From Polyangiaceae bacterium (GTDB lineage: Bacteria > Myxococcota_A > Polyangia > Polyangiales > Polyangiaceae), in contig JANRKO010000019.1 in assembly GCA_033763455.1 (NCBI GenBank), positions 96,001 through 160,000 on the forward strand: a DNA stretch of 64,000 nucleotides, read 5' to 3'. Both the position numbers and the translations under genes were made by a program. Below, piece by piece: positions 1 to 9,718 of the stretch (position 1 is its first letter; each line of letters starts with the position of its first letter). The notes beneath the pieces were generated by a model. That model did no database searches and was not told the DNA's origin. It saw only the letters and a program-made list of their open reading frames with translations.

Positions 1-1154
1 TCTCTCAGGTAGAGGGGGAGGGTGGCAAGCTGTACGGCGCTCACGTGGCGGTATTGGGCTTTGCGAAGCACCAAAAGGCCATCCCCCATAAGCTCAGTGA
101 GGCCTCCGAGTGGCGCTCCAAATTGCTCTAGCACCCGTTTGCCGGCAACCCTTCGGTGCAGCGGCTCTCCCCGGAAGGCTTCGCCTGTTGGCACCGAGGC
201 GATGAGGGCATCTGTGCGTAACGCGAAGCCGCGAACCTGAAGCGCTAACCAGCGGTCTGTTTGTGCCACTTGATCTTGGCTCTTCACAGAGATCAGCGCA
301 TTTTCTAGCCAGGCGTCGAAGCTCGTGAGGGAAACCGAAGCTGTTGAGGCCGGGGGCGCTACGAGCAAAGCCGAAGCCGCGGGCGACACGGTGCGTGGTG
401 CGTGACTCTCCACGGTGGGTCGACCCGGCTCGGTGGTGTTCCATTGCAGCGGCCCAGCTCCCGGATCGGCGGGTGGCGCGCTTGAAAAAGGTGCCTCTTC
501 GTCTGAGTTTAGGGCGTCTAGCCGATGAACCATATCCCCGGCGGCTGCTTGCACCGCTTCGAGTACTGGAGAAGCAGGTGGTGTCCGCACGCTGGATGGC
601 CCTTCCAGCAGAGCTTCCATTCGCCGAGCCATATGTGGTTGCTCGGCACGTTCGAACGCGGCGTGGGCCTTGGCAATGTCCCCCAGTTGCTGAAAACAAA
701 GCCCTAAATACCCCCAAGCTCGTTTGTGATCCGGGGCCGCCGCGATAACTTGCAAGAGCGCCTCACGTGCTTGGTGGGGCTGGCCGGTTTTCAGAAAACA
801 CAAAGCCAGGTTCACTCTGGGGGTTGCCTCTTTAGGGCAACGTTCGATCATTTCGCGGTATATGGCGATCGCACGGGGGTAGAGGCCAAGCCGGAAGTAC
901 ACCACACCGAGGAGGCTCTGCCCCTCAAGATCTTGCGGTTGCAGCTTAAAGGCGCGCTCTAGCTCTTCTTTGGCCTCTGCTACGCAGTTGTCCTGCAAGA
1001 GCTCGCTGCCTCGATAGAGGTGAAATAGAAAGTCTTCGCTCTCGAAATTCCCGGAGCTGGGGGCGTCCGACGGATCTTCGTATTCAAACGGGTCAAACGG
1101 TGTTGTCGAGCCGTTTTCCCCAGGGTGTATGGACTCTCGTAACTTCTCCGTCAT
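1..1154 (-). CDS. TPR-repeat protein with probable C-terminal AIM24-like domain (3' end runs off the window; absent from the ORF track)
   Basis: Manual translation from ATG at 1154: MTEKLRES...EDFLFHLYRGSELLQDNCVAEAKEELERAFKLQPQDLEGQSLLGVVYFRLGLYPRAIAIY (TPR pattern), then a Pro/Ala linker and ...GDGLLVL...LYLRE; no stop seen before position 1. Confidence 0.75.
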   Translation of the reverse strand, partial: MTEKLRESIHPGENGSTTPFDPFEYEDPSDAPSSGNFESEDFLFHLYRGSELLQDNCVAEAKEELERAFKLQPQDLEGQSLLGVVYFRLGLYPRAIAIYREMIERCPKEATPRVNLALCFLKTGQPHQAREALLQVIAAAPDHKRAWGYLGLCFQQLGDIAKAHAAFERAEQPHMARRMEALLEGPSSVRTPPASPVLEAVQAAAGDMVHRLDALNSDEEAPFSSAPPADPGAGPLQWNTTEPGRPTVESHAPRTVSPAASALLVAPPASTASVSLTSFDAWLENALISVKSQDQVAQTDRWLALQVRGFALRTDALIASVPTGEAFRGEPLHRRVAGKRVLEQFGAPLGGLTELMGDGLLVLRKAQYRHVSAVQLATLPLYLR

Positions 1155-1183
1155 GGGGCTCCACCGTAGGCTCACCGTGGCGG

Positions 1184-1906
1184 TTATTGACCGAGAGCCC
1201 GAAGCGCCTCAGCGATGGTGAAGCGCTTTTCGTGCACTGCCCGCCCCACGATAACCCCGCTGAACGCCACCCCGGTGGCAACGAGAGCGGTGAGATGAGC
1301 GAGCGTTCCCACTCCACCGCTCACAATGACTGGCACACCACCCTCGCGGGCTAACGCTGCCGTTTCAGGGATATTGGGGCCCACTTCGGTGCCGTCTCGT
1401 TCGATATCCGTGTAGAGTACGGCTGCGAGCGGATGCTGGTTGTAACGCCGTACAATATCTACGGCCCGGACATCGCTCTGATGTTGCCAGCCCGCGGTGG
1501 CCACCAACCCGTTGCGCGCATCGACCGCAAGAATGACGCGCCCGGGGAACTCCTGAATGGATGCCTCCACTAGCTCCGGCTGCGTAATGGCCACAGTACC
1601 GAGCACCACGCGCTCCACGCCCGCATCGAAATAGGCTCGCAAGGTTTCGATGGAGCGTACGCCGCCGCCCAATTGCACGCCGCTGCCGAAGGCTTTCACT
1701 AGTTTGGCAATGAGCGCGAGCTGCACCGGTTTACCATCGCGCGACCCCTCAAGATCTACTACGTGAAGCCTTCGAACCTCTGGCTTCCACTCTGCCGCCA
1801 ACTGAGCTGGATCATCGTGATACACGGTGACCGCGTCGTAGCTGCCACGCAACAGGCGGACCGCTTTACCCTCCAAGAGGTCAATTGCTGGAATGAGCTC
1901 GATCAT
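1184..1906 (-). CDS. hisA: ProFAR isomerase HisA
   Basis: IPAIDLLEGKAVRL, LHVVDLEG, QLGGGVRS, YTDIERDGT, SGGVG motifs. Confidence 0.97.
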   Translation of the reverse strand: MIELIPAIDLLEGKAVRLLRGSYDAVTVYHDDPAQLAAEWKPEVRRLHVVDLEGSRDGKPVQLALIAKLVKAFGSGVQLGGGVRSIETLRAYFDAGVERVVLGTVAITQPELVEASIQEFPGRVILAVDARNGLVATAGWQHQSDVRAVDIVRRYNQHPLAAVLYTDIERDGTEVGPNIPETAALAREGGVPVIVSGGVGTLAHLTALVATGVAFSGVIVGRAVHEKRFTIAEALRALGQ

Positions 1907-2496
1907 TAGGCTAGCGTCCCCTTCGTCGAGGGCACACCGCTGCTTTGGGCGTCCAAGCGTGTCGCCATGCGGAGTGCGCGAGCGAACGCCTTGAACGAGA
2001 TCTCGATGATGTGGTGGAGGTTGTGGCCGTAGTGAAGCTGCATGTGGAGATTGATTTGGGCCGAGCGAGCCACTGCTTCGAAGAAAACCTCAGCGAGCTC
2101 GGAATCGAACGTGCCGAGCTTGGCCTTGGGTATCGCCATGTTCCATACGAAAAACGCGCGCCCCGAAAGATCGAGAGCTGCGGTAACTAGAGCTTCATCC
2201 ATCGGCAGCGTTGCCGAGCCGTAGCGCACAATACCCGCATGATCGCCAAGGGCTGCGCGGAGTGCTTGACCGAAAACGATCCCGATATCTTCGGTGGTGT
2301 GGTGCCCATCGATCTCAACATCGCCCGTGGCCTCGACCTTCAGATCGAACGAGCCATGGCGTGCGATTTGGTCGAGCATGTGGTTAAGAAAGGGAAGCGG
2401 GGACTGGATGTCGCTCTTTCCCGCGCCGTCGAGCTTGAGCTCTACGGAAATCTTGGTCTCGCGCGTCGCGCGATCAACGCTAGCCTGTCGACTCAC
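1906..2496 (-). CDS. hisB: Imidazoleglycerol-phosphate dehydratase
   Basis: FLNHMLDQIARHG, IDGHHTTEDIGI, LPMDEAL, NLHHIIE motifs. Confidence 0.97.
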   Translation of the reverse strand: MSRQASVDRATRETKISVELKLDGAGKSDIQSPLPFLNHMLDQIARHGSFDLKVEATGDVEIDGHHTTEDIGIVFGQALRAALGDHAGIVRYGSATLPMDEALVTAALDLSGRAFFVWNMAIPKAKLGTFDSELAEVFFEAVARSAQINLHMQLHYGHNLHHIIEISFKAFARALRMATRLDAQSSGVPSTKGTLA

Positions 2497-3176
2497 GGGT
2501 AAAACTCCTCAATTTTCCACACGCCGTGCTCCTCTAGCAATTCGATGGTGCCGCCGCCACCGTAGCGGAGCGTGGCCCTGTCGCCCAGGAGTTCGACGCT
2601 AGCCTTGCGCGCCTCCTTTTGGAGCGCTTGGCTCAGTCGGTCGAGGGCCTCGCGCTGGGGGCCTTCGAAGGATTCCTTGAGCTTCTTTTCGGTGAGCCCT
2701 TCGCGTTTGGTGTCCGGCACGAACTTCAGCAGTAAATCGTAGCGACTGTTTTCGTACGCTCGAACGAACGAAAGGACCGCCGCCCGGGGGTTGGCCTGGC
2801 TGTACATATCGAGCGCACTGCCTTCTACCTTCCAGACGTCGCCTTCGAGCACGAGCTGCAGAGTTTCACCATTGGGGGCCGTCACCGTAGCCGTGATGTG
2901 AGGCGTGCTCGCTGGGCCTGAAAGCCCGCGCCCGAGGGCCGCTACTTCTTTCGGATTCTCCTGCAACATGCGCTGAAATGCGCTAAAGGAGAGCGAGCGG
3001 CGCGCCCCGGCGCTGAGCAGCGCGTACGCCCCTGCCGCGTCCCCCCTGGTGAGGGCAGATGAATAAGCGCTGAGGACCTGTTGCGGATCCTTCGGGCTAC
3101 TGGGGCTGGAGCAGCTCCAAGCGAGGGAGGCCAGGAGCAATCCGGCAGCGAACGACGGACCCACATTGCACGACAC
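2493..3176 (-). CDS. Putative lipoprotein with two tandem NTF2-like modules
   Basis: Hydrophobic signal with LAWSC; duplicated pattern P..vl..y..A...LxxExxxWK; GTGA overlap with the hisB start. Confidence 0.7.
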   Translation of the reverse strand: MSCNVGPSFAAGLLLASLAWSCSSPSSPKDPQQVLSAYSSALTRGDAAGAYALLSAGARRSLSFSAFQRMLQENPKEVAALGRGLSGPASTPHITATVTAPNGETLQLVLEGDVWKVEGSALDMYSQANPRAAVLSFVRAYENSRYDLLLKFVPDTKREGLTEKKLKESFEGPQREALDRLSQALQKEARKASVELLGDRATLRYGGGGTIELLEEHGVWKIEEFYP

Positions 3177-3261
3177 TCGGGACCCTTACCACAGTGTTCG
3201 GGCGGGGGCGACATCCAGAAACGTCGCTTTACCTCCTCGGAGGGCGTATTAATGTGGTGAT

Positions 3262-5658
3262 ATGGCGACTTCGAAGCGAACAGCTGTCGAGCGGGTAGCA
3301 ATCCTGCCGCTTCGTAACTCGGTGCTGTTCCCGCTGTCCGTGGTCCCCATCAACGTGGGTCGCCCCCGCAGCGTGCTCCTCGTGGAACAGCTGAATGGTG
3401 AAGAGGGCGTCATGGTGGGGGTGCTCACTCAGCGCAACTCCGAGGTGAAGGAGCCCACCTTCGACGACTTGTATGAAGTGGGAACGCTGGCGCGCGTGGT
3501 CAAGGTGGTGCGCTTAGGCGCTGATAACTACAGCGTGGTGCTCAATGGGGTGGGGCGCTTCCGCGTCCTGCGGGAGCAGGGGCTTGAGCCCTATATGCAA
3601 GCCGATGTCGAACGCATCGTGGAGCCGCCGGTCGCCCGTGGAGTAGCGGAGAAAGCCGAACAGCTGCGCAATGCCACTCGGGGCATTTTGGCACTGCTTC
3701 CCGATCTCCCGAAAGAGACCTCCAGCATTCTCGATAACGTCAAGGAACCCGGTGCGCTCGCCGATCTCATCGCTTCAAACTTCCCAGAGGATCAAGCCAA
3801 CATAAGCACCCGGCAGAAAGTGCTGGAGGCGGCCGACATCGGGGAGCGCCTTGATTTGGTCCTGCACATGGTGGAGCGCCAGTTGGAGATCCTGCGCGCC
3901 AAAGATCAGCTAGCGCTCTCCGTTACCGAAGAGATGGGGCGTTCTCAGCGGGATTACGTGCTTCGGCAGCAAATCAAAACGATTAGAGAAGAGCTTGGTG
4001 AGGGGGCTGAAGACGACGAAGTGGAGCAACTTCGAGATCGCGTAGCGCGGGCCGAAATGTCCCCCGAAGCCGATCAGGCTGCGCGCCGCCAGCTCGGCAG
4101 GCTCAGCCACATGCAGCCGCAATCTTCTGAATTTCAGGTTTCACGAACCTATGTGGAGTGGCTCGCGGATCTCCCTTGGAATCGCCGCACGCCCGATACC
4201 CTCGACGTGAAGAATGTGCGGCGCTGCCTGGATGAAGATCACTACGGCCTTGAGCTCGTCAAGAAACGCATCGTCGAGTTCACGGCAGTGCGCCAACTAC
4301 GCCGAGATCAGCGCGGGCCGATCTTGTTGTTTGTGGGGCCACCTGGCGTAGGCAAGACGTCGCTCGGAAAGTCGATCGCACGGGCCATGGGGCGGCGGTA
4401 TGGGCGCATTGCGCTTGGGGGAGTGCGCGATGAAGCTGAGATCCGAGGGCATCGGCGCACCTACGTGGGAGCGCTCCCTGGGCGCATTATTGTCGCGCTC
4501 AAGAAAGCGGGGGTGAAAAATCCCGTCTTAGTGCTCGATGAAGTAGATAAAATGGGCACTGATATGCGTGGGGATCCGGCTTCCGCGCTGTTAGAAGCGC
4601 TCGACCCTGAGCAGAATAACACCTTTGCCGATAACTACATCGACGTTCCGTTCGATCTTTCGGAGGTCATGTTTCTGGCAACGGCCAACTACCGTTACGC
4701 GATCCCAGAAGCGCTCCGCGATAGAATGGAGATCATCGAAGTGCCTGGCTACACGCGCTCCGAGAAGCGCAACATTGCTAAGCAATTTCTGATCCCGAAG
4801 CAGCTCAAAGAACACGCGCTTGAGAAATCCCAACTCGATTTCACGGACGAAGGGATCGAAGCCATTGTCGATCAATACACGCGCGAAGCGGGCGTCCGCG
4901 GCTTGGAGCGCGAAATCGCCGCCGTTTGTCGCAACGTAGCCGTGCAAATGGCGGATGGATCGGTGGTAAGCGGCCTCGTCGTGGAGCCCAGTAAACTCCA
5001 CGAACTTTTGGGCGCACCGCGCCACGAACAGGAGACTGTCGAGCGCGCCCCAAAGCCGGGCATTGTTACCACCCTCGGCATTTCAGACGTGGGTGGAGAG
5101 CTCCTTCTGATCGAAGTGAATCAGATGCCTGGCAAGGGCGAGATCCGGGTGAGCGGCAGCATGGCCAAAGTCATGGAGGAGTCTGCGCTGACCGCCTTTT
5201 CCTTGGTCCGCGCCCGGGCCGAAAGGCTGCATCTGGAGCACGATTTTGTAAGATCGATCGATCTCCATATGCATATTCCACGCGGCGGCTCCGTGAGGGA
5301 TGCGGCGGGTGCGGGTGTTGCCATGTTTGTGGCGGTCGTCTCACAATTGCTGAATGTTCCGGTGCGTGACGACGTGTGCGTGTTGGGTGAGCTCACCTTG
5401 AGGGGAAGCATATTGGCGGTGGAGGGCGTGAAGGCCAAGCTTCTGGCGGCTCATCGCGCCCAGATCCGCGAGGTGGTTCTGCCCGCTCGAAACGAGGCAG
5501 ATCTCGAAGAGGTGCCCGAAGAAGTGCGACGCGATCTAGTGATTCATCTCGTGAGTCGGATCGATGAAGTGCTGCCGTTCATGTTCGGCCCTGTTTCGGG
5601 TGAGGGCTCGCGCCGAGGTTCGGTGGCACCTTCCTCGCAGGGCGAAGCGCAGCTCTGA
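3262..5658 (+). CDS. lon: Lon (LonA-type) AAA+ protease homolog with catalytic Ser replaced by Gly
   Basis: LON N-domain (ILPLRNSVLFP), Walker A GPPGVGKTS, GHRRTYVGALPG, Walker B VLDEVDK, GVRGLER; protease motif reads RDAAGAG instead of KDGPSAG. Confidence 0.93.
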   Translation: MATSKRTAVERVAILPLRNSVLFPLSVVPINVGRPRSVLLVEQLNGEEGVMVGVLTQRNSEVKEPTFDDLYEVGTLARVVKVVRLGADNYSVVLNGVGRFRVLREQGLEPYMQADVERIVEPPVARGVAEKAEQLRNATRGILALLPDLPKETSSILDNVKEPGALADLIASNFPEDQANISTRQKVLEAADIGERLDLVLHMVERQLEILRAKDQLALSVTEEMGRSQRDYVLRQQIKTIREELGEGAEDDEVEQLRDRVARAEMSPEADQAARRQLGRLSHMQPQSSEFQVSRTYVEWLADLPWNRRTPDTLDVKNVRRCLDEDHYGLELVKKRIVEFTAVRQLRRDQRGPILLFVGPPGVGKTSLGKSIARAMGRRYGRIALGGVRDEAEIRGHRRTYVGALPGRIIVALKKAGVKNPVLVLDEVDKMGTDMRGDPASALLEALDPEQNNTFADNYIDVPFDLSEVMFLATANYRYAIPEALRDRMEIIEVPGYTRSEKRNIAKQFLIPKQLKEHALEKSQLDFTDEGIEAIVDQYTREAGVRGLEREIAAVCRNVAVQMADGSVVSGLVVEPSKLHELLGAPRHEQETVERAPKPGIVTTLGISDVGGELLLIEVNQMPGKGEIRVSGSMAKVMEESALTAFSLVRARAERLHLEHDFVRSIDLHMHIPRGGSVRDAAGAGVAMFVAVVSQLLNVPVRDDVCVLGELTLRGSILAVEGVKAKLLAAHRAQIREVVLPARNEADLEEVPEEVRRDLVIHLVSRIDEVLPFMFGPVSGEGSRRGSVAPSSQGEAQL

Positions 5659-5732
5659 TCGGGTGCCGGGGCTCCGCTCTCCCCTCTGCGTATGCTCGCT
5701 CCGCTTTCGCAGCTACAGGCAGCGCGCTTAAC

Positions 5733-7364
5733 CTAGAGCTCAAAACGATACCGGGCACCCAGCGAAACGAGCGGCCCGGCGATCTCGACCGTCTCTTCCT
5801 CCTGGTACGCGGGAGCGACCAGGTCGTAGCGAACTTCACGCGTACGAGTGCTCCACACGCCAGCTCCCCCGGCCGAAGCCAGAAGGCCTAGGGAGCCGCC
5901 TCCACCATTGCCACGTAGCCAGCTGAAGATACCCACGGCGCCGTAAGCAAAACCTGTGACTCCGCCGCCGCCTTCGAAGAACATGTCGGCATTGAGCGCC
6001 AACGGCACCGTAAGCCGAGCGTTGGTGCCGCCCCAAATGAAGCCGGCCTTTTCGCTGCTGCGTGTGGCCGTTTCGGTTTGCCCGCCGAAGTAGAGTAAGT
6101 TGTTGGCTACCGTTAGGTTGAGCCCATCCATCGCCCCCAGGCGCACGCGCTGCCCTAGTGTAAACGCGTGCTGCATATCTTGGTGCCATGGGCCGGGGCC
6201 AACCTGTGGGCCGCCACCGAGCCCAGAATCGTTCGACTTGAACGAGGTCAATTCAAACATAGTTCCCAGATCCCCATAGACGGACGTGACTCCCACGCCG
6301 AGGCCGAGCGCGAACGGGCGGCTGTTGTAACCCCCTTCGAGAATGCTTGTTTGCGTAAACGCCGTGCTGCCCGCGCTGCGACCGAAACCGAGAGGTTGGC
6401 TGCGGAGGCCTACAAAATAGTGCTCCGCGAAGTGCGTTAGGTTGCCGTCAAAGAGAACCCCAAAACCGGTCTGCCCGATGTTCAAGATCGGTCGCAGGTG
6501 AACCTCGGCCTCGGTAAAACCGTGCAGCTGCCTGGGGTAAACCAGGCTGGCGGAGGTTGACCTGTCAGCACGTTCAACGCGATCTTCGAGCGTCACGCGA
6601 TCACCACGCCAAATTCGCGCGCGTGAACTTTCTGCGCTCACCGAATCGACCACCAAGACTGCCACTTCGTGCTCACCCTGATAGGACCCGCCTTCGTCTA
6701 CGAGCGCTTCGCTTTGGACGACCTTGAGCTGATCACCTGCGCGGAGCCCCTGATTTTTCCCCTGATTCAGCATGACGAGCCCGTCAAATACTTTGACGAT
6801 CTTGAGCGGCCTTTGCTCGGCCACACCTGGCGTGCCCGCCTTGGCTCGTGTGCTGTTCGGGGACGAGCTGGGCGTTGAGGAGGGTAGTGGCGCTATTGGC
6901 GTAATGGGACCGACGCTCGACACTGTGCCCGCAACTTCACCAAGTTGAACCGCGGACGTTGAATTCACCTGCATCCACAGCTTGGAGTCGATCATGAGAA
7001 AACCGGTGACGCTCCCATGCGAGATAGGGATCAACTTCTCAACACTTGTACCGTGCCCGGTGTGAACCACTACGGCCGCACCGAGCTCGCCCAGGGCCAC
7101 ATAGGCCCGCTCCCCAGCTGGCTGAAGTGCGAGAACAGGTCCGGGGAGCGCCACCGCGCTTCGAGCTTCCCCGTGACCTTGGTAGAGGATCCCTGAGTCA
7201 AGCTCCCAAGCAGTAGTGGGCTCTGTGCGTGGCAGGGCGGCCGCCGCGTCCACATTCTGAGAACCCGATGTGGGAAGCGGTGCTTGAGCCTTCGCTATTC
7301 CCACCGTCCCGCTCGCCAGGCAGTATCCAAGGGTAGCGGCCGCGGTGCGAAAGGCGTTTTTCAT
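5733..7364 (-). CDS. Secreted or outer-membrane hypothetical protein; FlgT-C-like middle domain and probable C-terminal beta-barrel
   Basis: Signal peptide (AKA-Q); VMLNQGKNQGLRAGDQLKV motif; Gly/aromatic alternating strands ending SLGARYRFEL. Confidence 0.65.
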   Translation of the reverse strand: MKNAFRTAAATLGYCLASGTVGIAKAQAPLPTSGSQNVDAAAALPRTEPTTAWELDSGILYQGHGEARSAVALPGPVLALQPAGERAYVALGELGAAVVVHTGHGTSVEKLIPISHGSVTGFLMIDSKLWMQVNSTSAVQLGEVAGTVSSVGPITPIAPLPSSTPSSSPNSTRAKAGTPGVAEQRPLKIVKVFDGLVMLNQGKNQGLRAGDQLKVVQSEALVDEGGSYQGEHEVAVLVVDSVSAESSRARIWRGDRVTLEDRVERADRSTSASLVYPRQLHGFTEAEVHLRPILNIGQTGFGVLFDGNLTHFAEHYFVGLRSQPLGFGRSAGSTAFTQTSILEGGYNSRPFALGLGVGVTSVYGDLGTMFELTSFKSNDSGLGGGPQVGPGPWHQDMQHAFTLGQRVRLGAMDGLNLTVANNLLYFGGQTETATRSSEKAGFIWGGTNARLTVPLALNADMFFEGGGGVTGFAYGAVGIFSWLRGNGGGGSLGLLASAGGAGVWSTRTREVRYDLVAPAYQEEETVEIAGPLVSLGARYRFEL

Positions 7365-7432
7365 TGCGGCATCTTAGCCAGTTCGAGCAGAGAACACCAA
7401 GCCCAGGCGAGCACCAAGGTCCGGTTGATCGA

Positions 7433-9718
7433 GTGAAAGTAAACATCTTTTCGAGTCGAGGCAGCAGGATCGTTCTGGGTATAACGGCGCTCGCGTTAGG
7501 CGTTTCCGGGTTCCTGCCGCTGTTTGCCGGCTTTTCCTACGAAGCTGCTCTAGCTGCGGGGCTCATCGTGCCCGTGGCGGTGAGCATAGTGACCGCCACG
7601 TTCAAGTTCCCCAACGGCACTTCGCCGCTAGACAAGCTGCGGTCTGGGCTTGGCACCGGTGCGATCTTTGCCCTGGTGGCCCTCGGCCTTAGCTTTCTTC
7701 ACGGGCTCCGGGTACAAATCTGCGACCCTGTCGCGGGCCTAATGGGTTTTGTCTTGGGGCCCGGCTTTGGCGCACTGATGGCCGGTGCCTGGGGTTCAGT
7801 TGTTAATCTGGTCATTAACAATGAACGCGTGAAGCACCGCAAATTTTGGCTTCCGTTAGTTGCCTTTCTGGGGCCGCTCTCTACCGCGCTCGTCAGCGTT
7901 GGGCGTTTTTACACCTCGCCCATGGTGTTTGCGTATGATCCCTTTGTGGGCTATTTCGCGGGGCCCCTGTACGATACCGTATTGCGCTCGCAGGAAACGC
8001 TGCTTTGGTATCGGCTCGGTTCCGCGCTCACGTTGCTAGCTTTGACGGCGTTGCTAGCGGTTTGGAAATCTGCTCCCGCTGGTGGGCATACTTTTGCTTG
8101 GCGCTCGCGGCTCGGGTTCTTGGGGCTCAGCGTGTTGGCCGCTAGTTTGAGCGGAGCTCTCATTTGGCTTGGCCCCGAGCTTGGGCACTACAGAACGGCC
8201 GCGAGCATTCGAGTCGCCCTCGGGCGTTCGCTTGAAACTCGCCGCTGCGACATCATCTATTCGCGCAATGTTCAGCTGAAAACAGCTGAGCTTTTGGGCA
8301 GGGAGTGCGACGCCCATGTGGACGCCTTGGAGCGCTTCTTCGGGACGCGAGGGCCTGAGAAAATCACCGTATTTCTGTTTTCATCGCCGGACGAAAAAGG
8401 CAGCCTCATGGGCGCGGCCCACACGTATATTGCCAAGCCCTGGCGCCGCGAAATCTACATCCAGCAAGCCGGTTATCCGCACCCCGTGTTGGGGCACGAG
8501 TTGGCGCACGTCGTGGCTGGTAGTTTTGGGCAGGGGCCCTTCAAGGTGGCGGGAGCATTCGGCGGATGGTTGCCGGATCCGGGCCGTATCGAAGGCTTTG
8601 CGGTAGCTGCCTCTCCTAATGAGGAAGATGAGCTAACGCTTCAAGAATGGGCGCAGACGATGCAGAAGCTTGGCCTTCTGCCGTCCCTCGAGAATATTTT
8701 TCGCTTGGGTTTTTTGGGGCAAAATTCCGGGGTTGCATACACGGTGGCAGGAAGCTTCACCGCCTGGTTACGAGGAAAATTTGGACCGGAGCCATTGCGA
8801 AAGTGGTACGGCGGGGCGCCAATCATCACGGCGTTTGGCAAGGAGCTCCCCGAGCTTGAGCGCGAATGGCGTGCTTCGTTGAACCAGATTGCCGTAAGTA
8901 GTGAGGCGCTCAAGACGGCCCGTGCACGTTTTGATCAACCGAGCGTTTTTGGGCGAACTTGCCCCCACGTGGTGGACGAACTTTTTGGTGAAGCGGGGCA
9001 GCTTATCGGCATCGGCGACCCCGCCCAAGCTGAGCAAGTTTATCGCAAGATCCTTGAGTTAGACACTCGCAATCTGGGGGCTCGCTTGGGGCTTGGGTTA
9101 TGCGCTGACAGGCGGGGCGATGCCACTCTCGCCTTGCAGCGCTACCAGTCCATTGCGAACGACGGTGCGCTGCATTGGGCGGAGCGTTTATCTGCCCAGG
9201 AGTCCCGCGCCGACATTCTGTTGCGAGAGGGCAAGTTGGCGGAGGCCCGCTCTCTATACGCGGAGATAGCCCGAGCCTTTGTCGACGAAGATCGGCTGCG
9301 GCAGCTGGACGTGAAAAGCGCTGTGGAGCCGGGGATGTCCAGGGATGCGACAGTTAATCTTTTAATCGGCGAGGGGACGCGAGGTGCCTCATGGGATGTC
9401 GCCGCTGTGGAGCTGGGGCGCTGGTTTGAAGCTGCGCCAAACGCGGGGCTGCCAGGGTTTCTTCTTGGGAAAAATCTATTTAACCGCGGGTATTCTACGA
9501 AGGCGGCTCAATTCCTGGATCAGGCACTAGCTCGGGAAATTCCCCTCCCGCGCGTAAAAAAGGAAGCCTTGCGGGTACGGCTGTTCATCGCCTGTGCGGA
9601 TCGAGATCAGTCCAAAGCCAAGGCGCTCTACGCAGAGCTTACCGCGCGCGCTGATCTCACGCTGGCGCAGAGGGAAGCCTTGGGGCGGTTTGCCCGCCGC
9701 TGTGGAGTGGTGTTTTGA
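7433..9718 (+). CDS. Multi-pass membrane protein with gluzincin-like (HExxH...E) domain and C-terminal TPRs
   Basis: About 7 TM segments, HELAHVV plus IEGFA, TPR-like helices. Start uncertain: the ORF-track start at 7364 collides with the divergent gene, so GTG 7433 was chosen. Confidence 0.75.
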   Translation: MKVNIFSSRGSRIVLGITALALGVSGFLPLFAGFSYEAALAAGLIVPVAVSIVTATFKFPNGTSPLDKLRSGLGTGAIFALVALGLSFLHGLRVQICDPVAGLMGFVLGPGFGALMAGAWGSVVNLVINNERVKHRKFWLPLVAFLGPLSTALVSVGRFYTSPMVFAYDPFVGYFAGPLYDTVLRSQETLLWYRLGSALTLLALTALLAVWKSAPAGGHTFAWRSRLGFLGLSVLAASLSGALIWLGPELGHYRTAASIRVALGRSLETRRCDIIYSRNVQLKTAELLGRECDAHVDALERFFGTRGPEKITVFLFSSPDEKGSLMGAAHTYIAKPWRREIYIQQAGYPHPVLGHELAHVVAGSFGQGPFKVAGAFGGWLPDPGRIEGFAVAASPNEEDELTLQEWAQTMQKLGLLPSLENIFRLGFLGQNSGVAYTVAGSFTAWLRGKFGPEPLRKWYGGAPIITAFGKELPELEREWRASLNQIAVSSEALKTARARFDQPSVFGRTCPHVVDELFGEAGQLIGIGDPAQAEQVYRKILELDTRNLGARLGLGLCADRRGDATLALQRYQSIANDGALHWAERLSAQESRADILLREGKLAEARSLYAEIARAFVDEDRLRQLDVKSAVEPGMSRDATVNLLIGEGTRGASWDVAAVELGRWFEAAPNAGLPGFLLGKNLFNRGYSTKAAQFLDQALAREIPLPRVKKEALRVRLFIACADRDQSKAKALYAELTARADLTLAQREALGRFARRCGVVF

